The position numbers were made by a program, and so were the translations under genes. Shown here piece after piece: positions 30,458 through 43,167 of a stretch of DNA of 64,000 nucleotides. Where the stretch lies: positions 6,851 through 70,850 of the forward strand of contig JACAFE010000032.1 of the NCBI GenBank assembly GCA_013388435.1. The letters run 5' to 3'. The DNA is from Nitrospirota bacterium. Lineage in GTDB: Bacteria > Nitrospirota > Thermodesulfovibrionia > Thermodesulfovibrionales > SM23-35. A model generated the notes under the pieces. That model ran no database searches, was not told where the DNA came from, and worked only from the letters and a program-made list of their open reading frames with translations. Positions within the stretch are counted from its first letter, which is position 1; each line of letters begins with the position of its first letter.

Positions 30458-33400
30458 CTATTCGGGGCAACTTTCAACATTAACAGAATCTGATAAACAT
30501 CTAAAAAGTTCAGAGATAATATTATACTTTTCTTCCCAGGAGCTTCCGTCTGTAGCAATTTCAAAACCATCAGGTAAAAATTTCAGTCTTTTATCAACTT
30601 TTTCCTTAAGCATAAATATATCTTCAGGTTGAACTTTTGTATTGTTTGAAAAGTGTATGCTTATTATACCCTTTGATTCATTTATTTTCTTTATTAATAA
30701 TTCTCTCGATAATATTTTAAGTTTCATTATATCAAGCAAACATCTGACCTCAAAAGGTATTTTTCCAAAACGATCCTCTATTTCTGAAGCTATAGAATAT
30801 AATGCATCAGGAGATTTTGAAGCTGCTATTTTCCTGTATAAACTCAATCTTATAGTTATATCTTCAACATAATTTTCAGGGATAAATGCATTGACTTTCA
30901 TGTTAATGGAAGGCTCAAATTCTTCTTCAATTTTTACTCCCTTTAATTCAGCAACTGCTTTCTCAAGCATTTCCATATAAAGATCAAGTCCTACGGCATG
31001 AATATGCCCTGACTGTTCTGCTCCGAGAAGATTGCCAGAACCTCTGATCTCAAGATCTTTTAATGCAAGTCTGAATCCTGCTCCAAGATAACTCATTTCC
31101 TGTATTGCCTGAAGTCTTTTTTTTGCTTCAATTGTGATAATATCTTCACCTGGAATCAGAAAATAGGCATACGCGCGCAAATTGCCTCTTCCTACGCGTC
31201 CTCTCAATTGATACAAATCCGCCAGTCCCATTGTATCCGCTCTGTTTATTATTATAGTATTGGCTGATGGTATATCAAGCCCCGAACCTATTATTGCTGT
31301 TGAAACAAGAACATCAACTTTTTTCTCATAGAAGTTAAACATAACTTTTTCGAGATCTTTTTCATTCATCTGACCGTGAGCTACCGCTATTTTGATTTCC
31401 GGTATCAAATTCACAAGATAATCTGCAATTCTATATATATCCTTGATCCTGTTATGTACAAAAAAGACCTGACCTTTTCTATCCAATTCATGCGTGATTG
31501 CGTTCTTTATGATATTTTCATTAAAAACCGATACAATGCTTTTTACTGCAAGTCTTTCCTCCGGCGGAGTTTCGATTATACTCATGTCCCTGATATCCGA
31601 GAGAGCCATGGATAAGGTTCTTGGAATCGGAGTTGCTGTCAGTGTCAATACATCAATACCTTTCTTTAATTCTTTTATCTTTTCCTTCTGGCTAACTCCA
31701 AATCTGTGCTCTTCATCTATTATTAGAAGTCCGAGATTATAAAATTTTATATTCTTACCGAGTAATGCATGGGTTCCTATAACAATATCAATATCTCCAT
31801 TGTTAATGGCTTTTATAGTTTTTTTCTTATCCGATGTTGATTTAAATCTGCTTAGAAAATCAATATTAACAGGGAATCCTGAAAATCTTGTCTTAAATGT
31901 TCTGTAATGCTGTTCGCAGAGTATAGTTGTCGGAACGAGCACAGCTACCTGCATCCCGTCATATACAGCTTTGAAAGCAGCCCTAACCGCAACTTCTGTC
32001 TTGCCATATCCAACATCCCCACAGATAAGTCTATCCATTGGTTTGTCAGACTCCATATCCTTTTTTATGTCTTCAACAGCATTTAATTGGTCTGGTGTCT
32101 CTTCATATGGGAAAAAACTATCGAACTCTCTGTGTAGTTCAGTGTTTGCACTAAATGAATGACCTTTTTGAATTTTTCTTTGTGCGTAAAGAGCAAGAAG
32201 TTTCTCAGCCATTTCATGAATTTTTCTCTTCACCCTTTCTCTGGTTTTAATCCATGATTTTCCGCCGAGTTTATCGATTCTTGGAATCACACCTTCTTCC
32301 GCATGGTATTTTCTGATTTTATTTATTGCATGTAGAGGAACATATAATCTTCCTCCATCATATTCAATGAGTATTAAATCTTCCTTGATACCTTCAGTAA
32401 TTTGCTGGATTAGTCCAATAAATTTTCCGATTCCGTGTTCTGTATGTACAATAAAGTCTCCCGGACGCAAATCATCAAGGGAAGTCAGAAGTCCCGAGAC
32501 TTTTGACTTGCGCAAAGGTCTGTAAGCCGGCCTTTCCCCAAAAAGTTCTTTTTCGGTAAGAATAAGGAGCCCGGGAAGATATAATCCTGAAGAGAGACCG
32601 CCAATTACCGCTATTATATTTCCCTTATAGCTGAAAATCTCTTCCTTATTAATTAAAGGCGCAATTATATCACCTGCTCTGAGAATATCTCTTAGCCTTT
32701 CAGCCTGACCACTGGAAGATGAGACAAGAATTATACGATTGTCATCCATTAAGTTTTTTAATTTACACGGGAGTTCATCTATACTCTTTCGCTCCTGATA
32801 GGTTATCCCTAACCCTTTTATATTTAAGACACCCGAATCGATACCATCTCCTGCGATGGAAAATCTTGAAAGGATTATCGAACCTTCAGGCATATTTTCT
32901 TTTTCTTTAATTGAATCAAAAACAAACCAGATTTTATCGGAGAAAGTCTCCAAAAGACTTTTCCCATTTGAAGACTCAATCGCAGGGTAAAAGTATAATT
33001 CGCTGATACTATCTTTTGAACGCTGGGTATTTACATCAAAATATTTTATATTCTCAATTTCATCACCAAAAAACTCTATTCTTATCGGATCTTCAAAAGT
33101 TGTAGGAAATATATCCATAATCCAGCCTCGCCTGCTGAATTCGCCTTTTTCAGAAACAAGCGGCACAGAAGTATAGCCAAGCTTTTGAAGTATATTTTCA
33201 ATTTCCTCTCTTCTTATTTCGAGCCCTTTTTTAATAAATAATATCCTTTCTTCTAATTCTTTTTTTGACCAAATGGATGAATTAAAATTGATGCTCGAAG
33301 AAGTCAGGGAGTCGTTATCATTGATTGTTAAGATTATTTCTGCTCTTTTACCAGAAATTTCCGGGCCATCAGGTTCAGGCAGGTAAAATACTTTATTTTT

Positions 33401-33595
33401 CTTTAATGCGCTACGATAGAAATTTATATCCTCGCATAATTCTGCTGCAAGAGACTCGTCACCATCAACAGCAAAAAATGGTTCATCGCACATAGCAAGC
33501 AGGAGGGCAGAAGACGAGCCTGTCAGATTGTATATCCTCGAAATTTCTGATTTTCTTCTTAGAATATCCTGGAAATATGAAAGACTTATTTGCAT
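30458..33595 (-). CDS. mfd: Transcription-repair coupling factor
   Basis: GDFIVHTEHGIGKF, MDRLICGDVGYGKTEV, DEEHRFG, TATPIPRT, QLRGRVGR, TRCF C-terminus. Confidence 0.97.
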   Translation of the reverse strand: MQISLSYFQDILRRKSEISRIYNLTGSSSALLLAMCDEPFFAVDGDESLAAELCEDINFYRSALKKNKVFYLPEPDGPEISGKRAEIILTINDNDSLTSSSINFNSSIWSKKELEERILFIKKGLEIRREEIENILQKLGYTSVPLVSEKGEFSRRGWIMDIFPTTFEDPIRIEFFGDEIENIKYFDVNTQRSKDSISELYFYPAIESSNGKSLLETFSDKIWFVFDSIKEKENMPEGSIILSRFSIAGDGIDSGVLNIKGLGITYQERKSIDELPCKLKNLMDDNRIILVSSSSGQAERLRDILRAGDIIAPLINKEEIFSYKGNIIAVIGGLSSGLYLPGLLILTEKELFGERPAYRPLRKSKVSGLLTSLDDLRPGDFIVHTEHGIGKFIGLIQQITEGIKEDLILIEYDGGRLYVPLHAINKIRKYHAEEGVIPRIDKLGGKSWIKTRERVKRKIHEMAEKLLALYAQRKIQKGHSFSANTELHREFDSFFPYEETPDQLNAVEDIKKDMESDKPMDRLICGDVGYGKTEVAVRAAFKAVYDGMQVAVLVPTTILCEQHYRTFKTRFSGFPVNIDFLSRFKSTSDKKKTIKAINNGDIDIVIGTHALLGKNIKFYNLGLLIIDEEHRFGVSQKEKIKELKKGIDVLTLTATPIPRTLSMALSDIRDMSIIETPPEERLAVKSIVSVFNENIIKNAITHELDRKGQVFFVHNRIKDIYRIADYLVNLIPEIKIAVAHGQMNEKDLEKVMFNFYEKKVDVLVSTAIIGSGLDIPSANTIIINRADTMGLADLYQLRGRVGRGNLRAYAYFLIPGEDIITIEAKKRLQAIQEMSYLGAGFRLALKDLEIRGSGNLLGAEQSGHIHAVGLDLYMEMLEKAVAELKGVKIEEEFEPSINMKVNAFIPENYVEDITIRLSLYRKIAASKSPDALYSIASEIEDRFGKIPFEVRCLLDIMKLKILSRELLIKKINESKGIISIHFSNNTKVQPEDIFMLKEKVDKRLKFLPDGFEIATDGSSWEEKYNIISELFRCLSDSVNVESCPE

Positions 33596-33681
33596 AAGAG
33601 AATAATTTATGTGTTAAAATAAAAATTCATTATTAAATTATATCATTTTACCTATAGACAGAAGAAAGAAAGGAAATTATT

Positions 33682-34557
33682 ATGAGCAAAATTCTTCGTA
33701 TCGGATTGCCGAAAGGCAGTCTTCAGGAATCTACATTAAAACTTTTCAGAAAAGCTGGCTATCATATTTCTGTATCGAGCCGTTCTTATTATCCGTCTTT
33801 TGATGATCCTGAAATCGAGGCAATGCTTATCAGAGCACAGGAAATGGCTGGTTATGTCGAAAATGGTATTATAGACTGTGGGCTTACAGGTAAAGACTGG
33901 ATAATGGAACAGAACGCCGATGTTCATGAAGTTGCTGAACTTATTTATGCTAAAGAAGGACTCAGACCTGTAAGATGGGTTATAGCTGTTCCAAATGATT
34001 CAAAAATTAAAACAGTAAAAGACCTCAATGGAAAAAGGATAGCAACAGAACTTGTTGGGTTCACAAAAAGGTACTTAAAAAAGAATGGAGTAACCGCTGA
34101 AGTAGATTTTTCATGGGGTGCTACAGAAGTAAAACCACCTCATCTTGCTGACGCCATCGTTGAACTTACCGAAACCGGCACTTCCTTGCGGGCAAATAAT
34201 CTCAGAATAGTTGAGACAATACTCGAATCGAGCACACGTTTTATATCAAACAAGAAAGCGTGGCAGGATAAATGGAAAAGACAGAAAATGGAAAATATAG
34301 TGATGTTATTAAAAGGAGCTCTCGCTGCCGAAGAAAAAGTCGGGCTTAAGATGAATGTGGAATCAAAATCACTTAAACGTGTAATGAGTCTCCTTTCAGC
34401 AATGCACTCACCAACAATTTCTTCATTATCAGAAGAAGGCTGGTTTGCACTTGAAGTTATAATTAATGAAAAGAGCGTAAGGGATATTATTCCTAAATTA
34501 AAAATGGCAGGCGCAACTGGAATAGTTGAGTATCCCTTAAACAAAGTAATACCTTAA
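33682..34557 (+). CDS. hisG: ATP phosphoribosyltransferase (long form)
   Basis: [42 protein letters not shown]. Confidence 0.96.
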   Translation: MSKILRIGLPKGSLQESTLKLFRKAGYHISVSSRSYYPSFDDPEIEAMLIRAQEMAGYVENGIIDCGLTGKDWIMEQNADVHEVAELIYAKEGLRPVRWVIAVPNDSKIKTVKDLNGKRIATELVGFTKRYLKKNGVTAEVDFSWGATEVKPPHLADAIVELTETGTSLRANNLRIVETILESSTRFISNKKAWQDKWKRQKMENIVMLLKGALAAEEKVGLKMNVESKSLKRVMSLLSAMHSPTISSLSEEGWFALEVIINEKSVRDIIPKLKMAGATGIVEYPLNKVIP

Positions 34558-34582
34558 AATTACCTGATAGGAGAAGATAAAA

Positions 34583-35254
34583 ATGTTTAAGGAGCGCAGG
34601 AAATTAAATTATAGTTTTGGCAGCCTTTTAATTCTTGGCATATTTTTGATGTACTTTACTTTATATCTTAACAGCACATCACATGCTTTATCTTTGAACG
34701 ATGAAATTGCGAGAATTCAAAAGACTTATGAAGATATTACTGACATGAGCGGCAATTTTGTTCAGAAAAGCCATTTAAAGGATCTTAAACGTACCGATAC
34801 TTACAAGGGTCAATTTTTCATAAAAAAACCACAGAAAGTAAAAGTTATTTATAAAGGAGAACATCCAGCCGAAATTACAGTTAATAAAGACATTGTCTTA
34901 ATCTATCAAAAAAACGAAAATCAGGTTATAAAAGGAAAATTTGATACCAGCACATATGGTCAAACACCTGTTATATTATTGAGTGGTCTGGGAAAAATGG
35001 AAGAAGAATTTAACATATCTGAAAAGAATGGTCTGTTGCTTTTAAAACCAAAAAAAAGTATGGGAGCGATTGTCTCAATTGAACTTAAATTATCAGAAAA
35101 TGACTTTCCAATACAGTCTTTTACAATTTATGATACATATTCAAACAGAACAGAAATTACACTCAGCAATATGAAAATAAATAAAAATATTGATGATAAA
35201 ATTTTCAATTTTACACCTCCAAAGAATGCAACAGTTTTAGAACATAACCCTTGA
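34583..35254 (+). CDS. lolA: Outer-membrane lipoprotein carrier protein
   Basis: Signal peptide; GNFVQK, GQFFIKKP, QTP, FNFTPPKNA. Confidence 0.85.
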   Translation: MFKERRKLNYSFGSLLILGIFLMYFTLYLNSTSHALSLNDEIARIQKTYEDITDMSGNFVQKSHLKDLKRTDTYKGQFFIKKPQKVKVIYKGEHPAEITVNKDIVLIYQKNENQVIKGKFDTSTYGQTPVILLSGLGKMEEEFNISEKNGLLLLKPKKSMGAIVSIELKLSENDFPIQSFTIYDTYSNRTEITLSNMKINKNIDDKIFNFTPPKNATVLEHNP

Positions 35255-35264
35255 GATTTTTTTC

Positions 35265-36281
35265 ATGCTTATACTTGGAATTGATACTTCATGTGATGAT
35301 ACCTCTGCTTCGGTAGTTGAAAACGGCACAAAGATAATATCTAATATTGTTTCAAGTCAGTCTGAGATACATAAAAAATATGGCGGAATTGTCCCTGAAC
35401 TCGCATCACGCAAGCATGTTGAAATGATAATACCTGTTGTTGAAGAGGCTCTTAAGACCGCTGGAATTGAACTTAAGGATATAAATGGTATCGCAGTATG
35501 TCATGGTCCGGGACTTATAGGTTCGCTTCTTGTCGGTTGTTCTTTCGCAAAAGCAATATGCTATACAACAAAAATCCCTTTGCTTTCAGTAAATCATCTC
35601 GAAGGACATATTTTTGCCTCATTCCTTGAAGAGCCGGTGCCAGAATTTCCATTTATCGCACTCATAGTTTCAGGCGGTCATACATCTCTTTACAGAGTCG
35701 AGGGATTTAGCCAGTATAAAGAACTCGGCAGGACAAGAGATGATGCTGCAGGAGAAGCTTATGACAAGGTTTCTAAACTTCTCGGGCTTGGGTATCCCGG
35801 AGGTCCAGTTATTGACAGACTTTCAAAAAAAGGCAACCCAAAAGCAATAGATTTTCCGAGAGCATATTTGCCTGAATCCTTTGATTTCAGTTTTAGCGGA
35901 ATTAAAACCGCTGTTCTGAATTTCGTCAAAGCGACTAAATCTGAAAATTCTGAAATCAAAACTCAAAAACCTGAATTATTATCTGATATAGCCGCGTCCT
36001 TTCAGGCAGCTGTTTTAGATGTGCTTATTAGAAAAATAGAATGGGCAATTAAAAGAACATGGATAAAAAGAGTTGTGCTATCTGGTGGTGTTGCGGCAAA
36101 CAGCGAGTTAAGAAGTAGAATGAAAGAAATGGGTGAGGAAAGAAACGCAGAAATATTTATTCCTTCTGTTTCATTATGTACTGACAATGCTGCTATGATA
36201 GCTGCTGCAGGTTACCACCATTTAAAATCTGGCAGATTAGCTGACCTTACTTTAAACCCGAAAGCTTATCTCCCTTTATAA
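35265..36281 (+). CDS. tsaD: tRNA t6A threonylcarbamoyltransferase
   Basis: GIDTSCDDT, GGIVPELASRKH, HLEGH, SGGHT, DDAAGEAYDK, TDNAAMI. Confidence 0.97.
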   Translation: MLILGIDTSCDDTSASVVENGTKIISNIVSSQSEIHKKYGGIVPELASRKHVEMIIPVVEEALKTAGIELKDINGIAVCHGPGLIGSLLVGCSFAKAICYTTKIPLLSVNHLEGHIFASFLEEPVPEFPFIALIVSGGHTSLYRVEGFSQYKELGRTRDDAAGEAYDKVSKLLGLGYPGGPVIDRLSKKGNPKAIDFPRAYLPESFDFSFSGIKTAVLNFVKATKSENSEIKTQKPELLSDIAASFQAAVLDVLIRKIEWAIKRTWIKRVVLSGGVAANSELRSRMKEMGEERNAEIFIPSVSLCTDNAAMIAAAGYHHLKSGRLADLTLNPKAYLPL

Positions 36282-36299
36282 TTTATTTACATTATTGAG

Positions 36300-37721
36300 T
36301 TAATTATTTTCATTGTAATGTTTGATAATCTGCTCTGCAAGATAAACAGCTTCTTCATGTTTTTTTATTTCTCCCCTATCCTGAGCCTCCCTGATTTTAC
36401 GAATAATCCTACCGATTTCAGGCCCCTGCTCTATTCCTAATTTTATAATATCATCCCCGGTTATAAGATTAGGTGCACTTATTTTTGCTTTAATCCAGTC
36501 GAAATAATCAAAAATAATCTTCTTTAAAGAAAGAATTAGACCATCCCTGATTTCTGAAGCAGAATTTTTACCCTGCGAACTCATAACATCGGCTATTGAG
36601 AGAATAAGAACAGCGATTGAATTATCATTCATCTTTCGGAACCATTTTAGTTTTGACAATTTTTTCACACGCCTGACAGCTAAATTAAGGGCATTAATAT
36701 GTTCTGCTATCATTTTAAAAATAAACTCCGTATCAGCTCTTGAAAGTTTGAGACGCCTGGCAATATTTAAAAATATTTTTGCTCCTTCTTTATCATGTCC
36801 ATAAAAAGTTATTTTATCTTTATTTGAATCGAATGCTTTTGTTGAAGGCTTACCAATATCATGTAATAAAGCAGAAAGTTTTAATAATTGTCTTTTTTTA
36901 GTATCTATTATCTTTGATACCATATCTCCATATGCACCAAAGAATACTGATAGATTATTCAAAATGCCTTCTGTATTTTCCATCGTAAACAATGAATGTT
37001 CCCAGACATCAAGATGATGAAATCCATCTTGCCCGCGCTTTTTCATTGGTACTATTTCAGGAAATATAATGTCCAGAATTCCTAACTTGTCCATTTCCCT
37101 GAAAGCAGAGTTGCTTCTGGTAGTAGCTAAAATAAGATAGATCTCGGACATTATTCTTTCCGGCGAAACGTTTGGAAGTAAATGTATGGAACTGGTTAAA
37201 TGTTTTAGAGTTGAATTTTCTATTTTGAGTTCAAAAACAGAAGAAAAACGAAATGCCCTTAGAATTCGCAGGGGATCATCAGAAAAACATTTGCTATAGG
37301 TCATACGAATTATTTTTTCTTTTAAATCTTTCTCGGATTGAAAGGGATCAATTATTTTCCCCGATGATACTTCGATTGCTCCTGAATTTATAGTGAAATC
37401 TCTTTTTGAAAGGTCTTCCTCAATTGTTTTCCCACGCATTTCTGATATATCAATAAAACTTGAAATGTCATTTCTGTCAACTACTCTGTAGCAGGGTTCA
37501 TCAGGCTTTTTCTCGAGCGGCACAAAAGCAGCGTTTTTTTTCTTTGAAATTTCAAGAGCTATTTCTTTAGCATTTCTGCAGGTAATATCAATATCTTTTG
37601 GTTTTTCCCCTGATAGAATATCCCTGACAGTGCCACCGACAAGATAGAACTCTGTCTTCCCAATCATATCCCTGTCAAGCCATTTTCCAACTATATGCTC
37701 TATTTTTATCATATTTTCCAT
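36300..37721 (-). CDS. CCA-adding/poly(A) polymerase family nucleotidyltransferase with HD domain
   Basis: VGGTVRD..DIDI, KRDFTIN, DDPLRILRAFRF, HHLDVWEH, LLHDIGK. Confidence 0.9.
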   Translation of the reverse strand: MENMIKIEHIVGKWLDRDMIGKTEFYLVGGTVRDILSGEKPKDIDITCRNAKEIALEISKKKNAAFVPLEKKPDEPCYRVVDRNDISSFIDISEMRGKTIEEDLSKRDFTINSGAIEVSSGKIIDPFQSEKDLKEKIIRMTYSKCFSDDPLRILRAFRFSSVFELKIENSTLKHLTSSIHLLPNVSPERIMSEIYLILATTRSNSAFREMDKLGILDIIFPEIVPMKKRGQDGFHHLDVWEHSLFTMENTEGILNNLSVFFGAYGDMVSKIIDTKKRQLLKLSALLHDIGKPSTKAFDSNKDKITFYGHDKEGAKIFLNIARRLKLSRADTEFIFKMIAEHINALNLAVRRVKKLSKLKWFRKMNDNSIAVLILSIADVMSSQGKNSASEIRDGLILSLKKIIFDYFDWIKAKISAPNLITGDDIIKLGIEQGPEIGRIIRKIREAQDRGEIKKHEEAVYLAEQIIKHYNENN

Positions 37722-37828
37722 ATTATATTGTAATGGTGTATTATATTATGTGAATTTATAAAAATATATTTAAACCAGAATAATGCAGACATTGCTCAAA
37801 AATTCATTTTATGAAAATAAAATATATA

Positions 37829-37990
37829 GCAATAACTCAATTTGTGAAACAAAATAACTACCTTAGTATAGGGAAATGGCTTTATTTTGTATTGTAATGT
37901 ATTTACATCTTTTTTCACTGAGGCTTACGCTTCGTCTCCAGCCTCAGTATTAAAAGACACGTGATTTTGTTTCATAAATCGAGTTATTGC
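37829..37990. mobile_element. MITE-like element with long terminal inverted repeats and TA flanks
   Basis: atagcaataactcaatttgtgaaacaaaat (37826-55) vs reverse complement of 37964-93, 28/30 match; internal hairpin actgaggct..agcctcagt; no ORF. Confidence 0.65.
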
Positions 37991-38043
37991 TATTTAATTA
38001 TGTTATTAAATGTTTACATTATTTCAATTTTATTTTTATGTAA

Positions 38044-40098
<2,055 letters not shown>

Positions 40099-40114
40099 AG
40101 GAGGTGGATTTAAA

Positions 40115-40492
40115 ATGAAAGCTTCAATGTCGGGTCTGGTTTTAATTTTTGTATTAATTTTGGCAGCTTCAGGATGTGCTTCCAGGGGAACTGCTCATAT
40201 TGAAAGTATCGCAAGCGCTGAACTCGGAATTAAAATAGCCAAAGACAGCAATGCAACAATTAACGCACCTCTTGAACTCAAGTTTGCTGAAGACAAGCTG
40301 TCTGCTGCGAGAGCAGCTGCAACCAGAGAAGATTTTGTAACCGCAAAACGTCTTGCTGACGAAGCACTGGTTGATGCCAAACTCGCCGAGTCCAAATCAA
40401 TTACAATCAAAGCAAAAAAACAGGCACAGGAAATGCGTGATGCTATTGATACATTACGCAAAGAAATTGACCGCACACAAATGCAGAAATAA
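40115..40492 (+). CDS. DUF4398 lipoprotein
   Basis: Lipobox ASGC; APLELKFAEDKL..AKRLADEALVDAKLAE; SD aggaggt. Confidence 0.85.
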   Translation: MKASMSGLVLIFVLILAASGCASRGTAHIESIASAELGIKIAKDSNATINAPLELKFAEDKLSAARAAATREDFVTAKRLADEALVDAKLAESKSITIKAKKQAQEMRDAIDTLRKEIDRTQMQK

Positions 40493-40511
40493 CAAACATG
40501 GAGAAAATATT

Positions 40512-42155
40512 ATGAAAAATTATTCATATTTATACAATTCGATCAAAAAAGTATTTTTACTCCTTTTTATCGCTTCATTTTTTGCTGCAGGATGTGCAAC
40601 TGTACCTGAGAGAAATGTTGCACTCGAAAATGCACGCACAGTATATGAAAAGGCTCAGGCAAACCCTGAAGTCTCAAAAAATGCTCCTGTAGCTTTGCAC
40701 GAAGCCGCACAGGCTTTAAGCAGAGCAGAAAGAGCAAAAGATAATGAGGAGAAAACACATCTTGCTTATATAGCCGAAAAAATGGCTCAGATAGCTGTTT
40801 CTCTTGCCGAACAAAAAACCTCAGAAAAAGAAGCTGAAGAATTAAGTCAGGAAAAAAATAAGATAGTTCTTCAAGCTCGAGAGATTGAACTTAAAAAAGC
40901 GCTTAATTTAGCTGAAACAAGATTGATGGATGCAGAACGTGCAAGAAAGCAGGCTGAAACAAAAGCCCTTGAACTTGAAAAATCAAAAGGAGAAGCTGAA
41001 CTTCTTGCAAGACAGGCCGAAGCTGCTAAAAAAGAGATAGAAGCAAGAATTATTGAACTTGAAAGAGCAAAAAAGGAAGCTGAAATTCTTGCGCAACAAA
41101 GGGAAGAAGCAAGAAAAGCTGCTGAAAATTCCGCGGTTCAAGCTGAACTTGCGAGAAAAGAAGCCGAGGCAAAAGCACTCGAACTTGAAAAAGCTAAACA
41201 ACTGGCTGAAACAAGAGCTATTGAGATTCAAAGAGCCAAAGAACAGGTTGAGTCTCTCGCAAGGATAAACGAAATAGCAAGAAAAGAAGCCGAGGCAAAA
41301 GCTCTCGAAATAGAACGTACAAAAGGTCAGGTGGACTCTCTTTTAAAACAAAATGAAGCCGCTAAAAAAGAACTTGAAGCAAGAGAAATAGAAATTGAGA
41401 GAGCTAAAAAATTAGCTGAAGCATTATCCCAGCAGAATGAAGCTGCAAGAAAAGAAGCTGAAGCAAGAGCACTCGAGATAGAGAGAGCTAAAAAATTAGC
41501 TGAAACATTGGCTCAGCAAAATGAGGCTGCTAAAAAAGAACTTGAGGCAAGAGAAATTGAGCTTAAAAAAATAAGGGGTGAAGCAGAAGCAAAAACTATT
41601 GAAGCTGAAAAGGCAAAAAAAGAAGCCGAGAAAAAAGCTCTTGAGCTTGCGAAAGCGAGAGAAGAGACAGAAATCAGAAAACTTGAAGCTGAAATGGCGC
41701 GCAGCAAGATTGAAGAAACAATGGCTCAAAGGAAGCTTCTCGAAAAAGAATTGAGCGAACTAAAAGCTAAACAGACCGATAGAGGAGTTGTTCTTACACT
41801 TGGTGATATTCTTTTTGAGACAGGAAAATCCAATCTAATGCCAGGCGCCAGAAGAACAATAAACACAATCGCGGATTTTTTAAAAAAATATCCAAAACGT
41901 AACATTGTTATTGAAGGGTTCACAGATAATGTCGGAAGCGACAAATTCAATATTAAGCTTTCCCAGCGCAGAGCAAGCGCTGTAAGAACAGCTTTAATGA
42001 ATAAAGGCATATCATCTGACAGAATTGCGGTTAAAGGATATGGCAAGAAATATCCTGTTGCTACAAACAAAACAGCAGAGGGAAGGCAACAAAACAGAAG
42101 AGTTGAAATAGTAATACTTGATGAAGGAGTTCTACCAGAAAAAATGCTGCGTTAA
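40512..42155 (+). CDS. DUF4398-coiled-coil-OmpA_C lipoprotein
   Basis: Lipobox AAGC; long 28-aa repeat stalk; RGVVLTLGDILF, EGFTD, LSQRRA, GRQQNRRVEI; start moved to ATG 40512. Confidence 0.88.
   Translation: MKNYSYLYNSIKKVFLLLFIASFFAAGCATVPERNVALENARTVYEKAQANPEVSKNAPVALHEAAQALSRAERAKDNEEKTHLAYIAEKMAQIAVSLAEQKTSEKEAEELSQEKNKIVLQAREIELKKALNLAETRLMDAERARKQAETKALELEKSKGEAELLARQAEAAKKEIEARIIELERAKKEAEILAQQREEARKAAENSAVQAELARKEAEAKALELEKAKQLAETRAIEIQRAKEQVESLARINEIARKEAEAKALEIERTKGQVDSLLKQNEAAKKELEAREIEIERAKKLAEALSQQNEAARKEAEARALEIERAKKLAETLAQQNEAAKKELEAREIELKKIRGEAEAKTIEAEKAKKEAEKKALELAKAREETEIRKLEAEMARSKIEETMAQRKLLEKELSELKAKQTDRGVVLTLGDILFETGKSNLMPGARRTINTIADFLKKYPKRNIVIEGFTDNVGSDKFNIKLSQRRASAVRTALMNKGISSDRIAVKGYGKKYPVATNKTAEGRQQNRRVEIVILDEGVLPEKMLR
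40940..41700 (+). repeat. Degenerate 84-bp (28-aa) intragenic tandem repeats
   Basis: gagagagctaaaaaattagctgaa at 41397 and 41481; unit ARKEAEARALEIERAKKLAETLAQQNEA; boundaries approximate. Confidence 0.8.
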
Positions 42156-42165
42156 GAAATAAACG

Positions 42166-42245
42166 GGGTCTGTGTATAAACACCTTTTTAATTTTTTGGT
42201 TCAATAAGGATTTATAATGGGAATCCGGCGAATATACACAGACTC
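42166..42245. mobile_element. 80-bp inverted-repeat element (IS remnant/MITE or terminator)
   Basis: gggtctgtgtata ... tatacacagactc around an AT-rich core. Confidence 0.45.
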
Positions 42246-42249
42246 TACT

Positions 42250-43167
42250 TTATAATCTACCTTCTTCTTTTAACCTGTTAACGATTTTTTGTATTTCCGG
42301 CAAAGCTGAAATCGCTGCTTTTTCTCCCTCGAGCACTGCTTCATGTCTTTTTGAGAAATCTGCCGAACCTATATATCCAACTTTTGGTTTTATAACCACA
42401 TCAGCTTTTGCAAGTTGTATTGAAGATAATTTTGAATACATTATATTTATTGAATGCATAATTGTTTCGATTGTTCCTTTAGGTATAGAGGATGAGGTAT
42501 CGCCTGAAATATCCACTGCAATTACAACATCTGCTCCCATTTTTCTTGCTGCATCTACTGCAACAGGACTGACAACCCCGCCATCAACATACATCCTTCC
42601 TGAAATTACAGGCGGCATAAAAACTCCAGGTATAGAACAGCTTGCTCTGACAGCAGTGCCCGTATTCCCTGTCCCAAATATTATTTCATTGCCTGTTTGC
42701 ACATCTGTTGCCACTGCATAAAAGGGTATTCTTAGTTTCTCCATAGGAGTGTTTCTGAGCATGAAATTAATATATTTTTCAAGCTTCTCACCTTTGATAA
42801 ATCCATTATCAGGAATCCCAAGATCTATTAAATCATCTTTTTGAAGCTCAAATGAAAATTTCTGGAGTTCGAATGCATTAAATCCATAAGCATACAGAGA
42901 ACCCACAAAACTTCCCGCACTTGTTCCCACAATCATATGTATAGGAATCTTATTAGTTTCAAGGACTTTTAAAACTCCGATATGCGCAAAACCTTTTGAA
43001 GCGCCGGCTCCAAGAACTACAGCAATTTTTGCAGGTTTTACAGGTGGTTTTGTTTCTACAGGAGCACAGGAGAATGAATAAAATACTAATACTAAAAAGG
43101 TAAGAAATAGTATTTTCTTTGTAAAATGTAGAATTTCAATATTTTTTATATCAAGTAATAAAGACAT
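42250..43167 (-). CDS. Patatin-like phospholipase, probably a lipoprotein
   Basis: GAGASKGFAHIGV, GTSAG, ASCSIPG, DGG; SFSC lipobox-like. Confidence 0.92.
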   Translation of the reverse strand: MSLLLDIKNIEILHFTKKILFLTFLVLVFYSFSCAPVETKPPVKPAKIAVVLGAGASKGFAHIGVLKVLETNKIPIHMIVGTSAGSFVGSLYAYGFNAFELQKFSFELQKDDLIDLGIPDNGFIKGEKLEKYINFMLRNTPMEKLRIPFYAVATDVQTGNEIIFGTGNTGTAVRASCSIPGVFMPPVISGRMYVDGGVVSPVAVDAARKMGADVVIAVDISGDTSSSIPKGTIETIMHSINIMYSKLSSIQLAKADVVIKPKVGYIGSADFSKRHEAVLEGEKAAISALPEIQKIVNRLKEEGRL

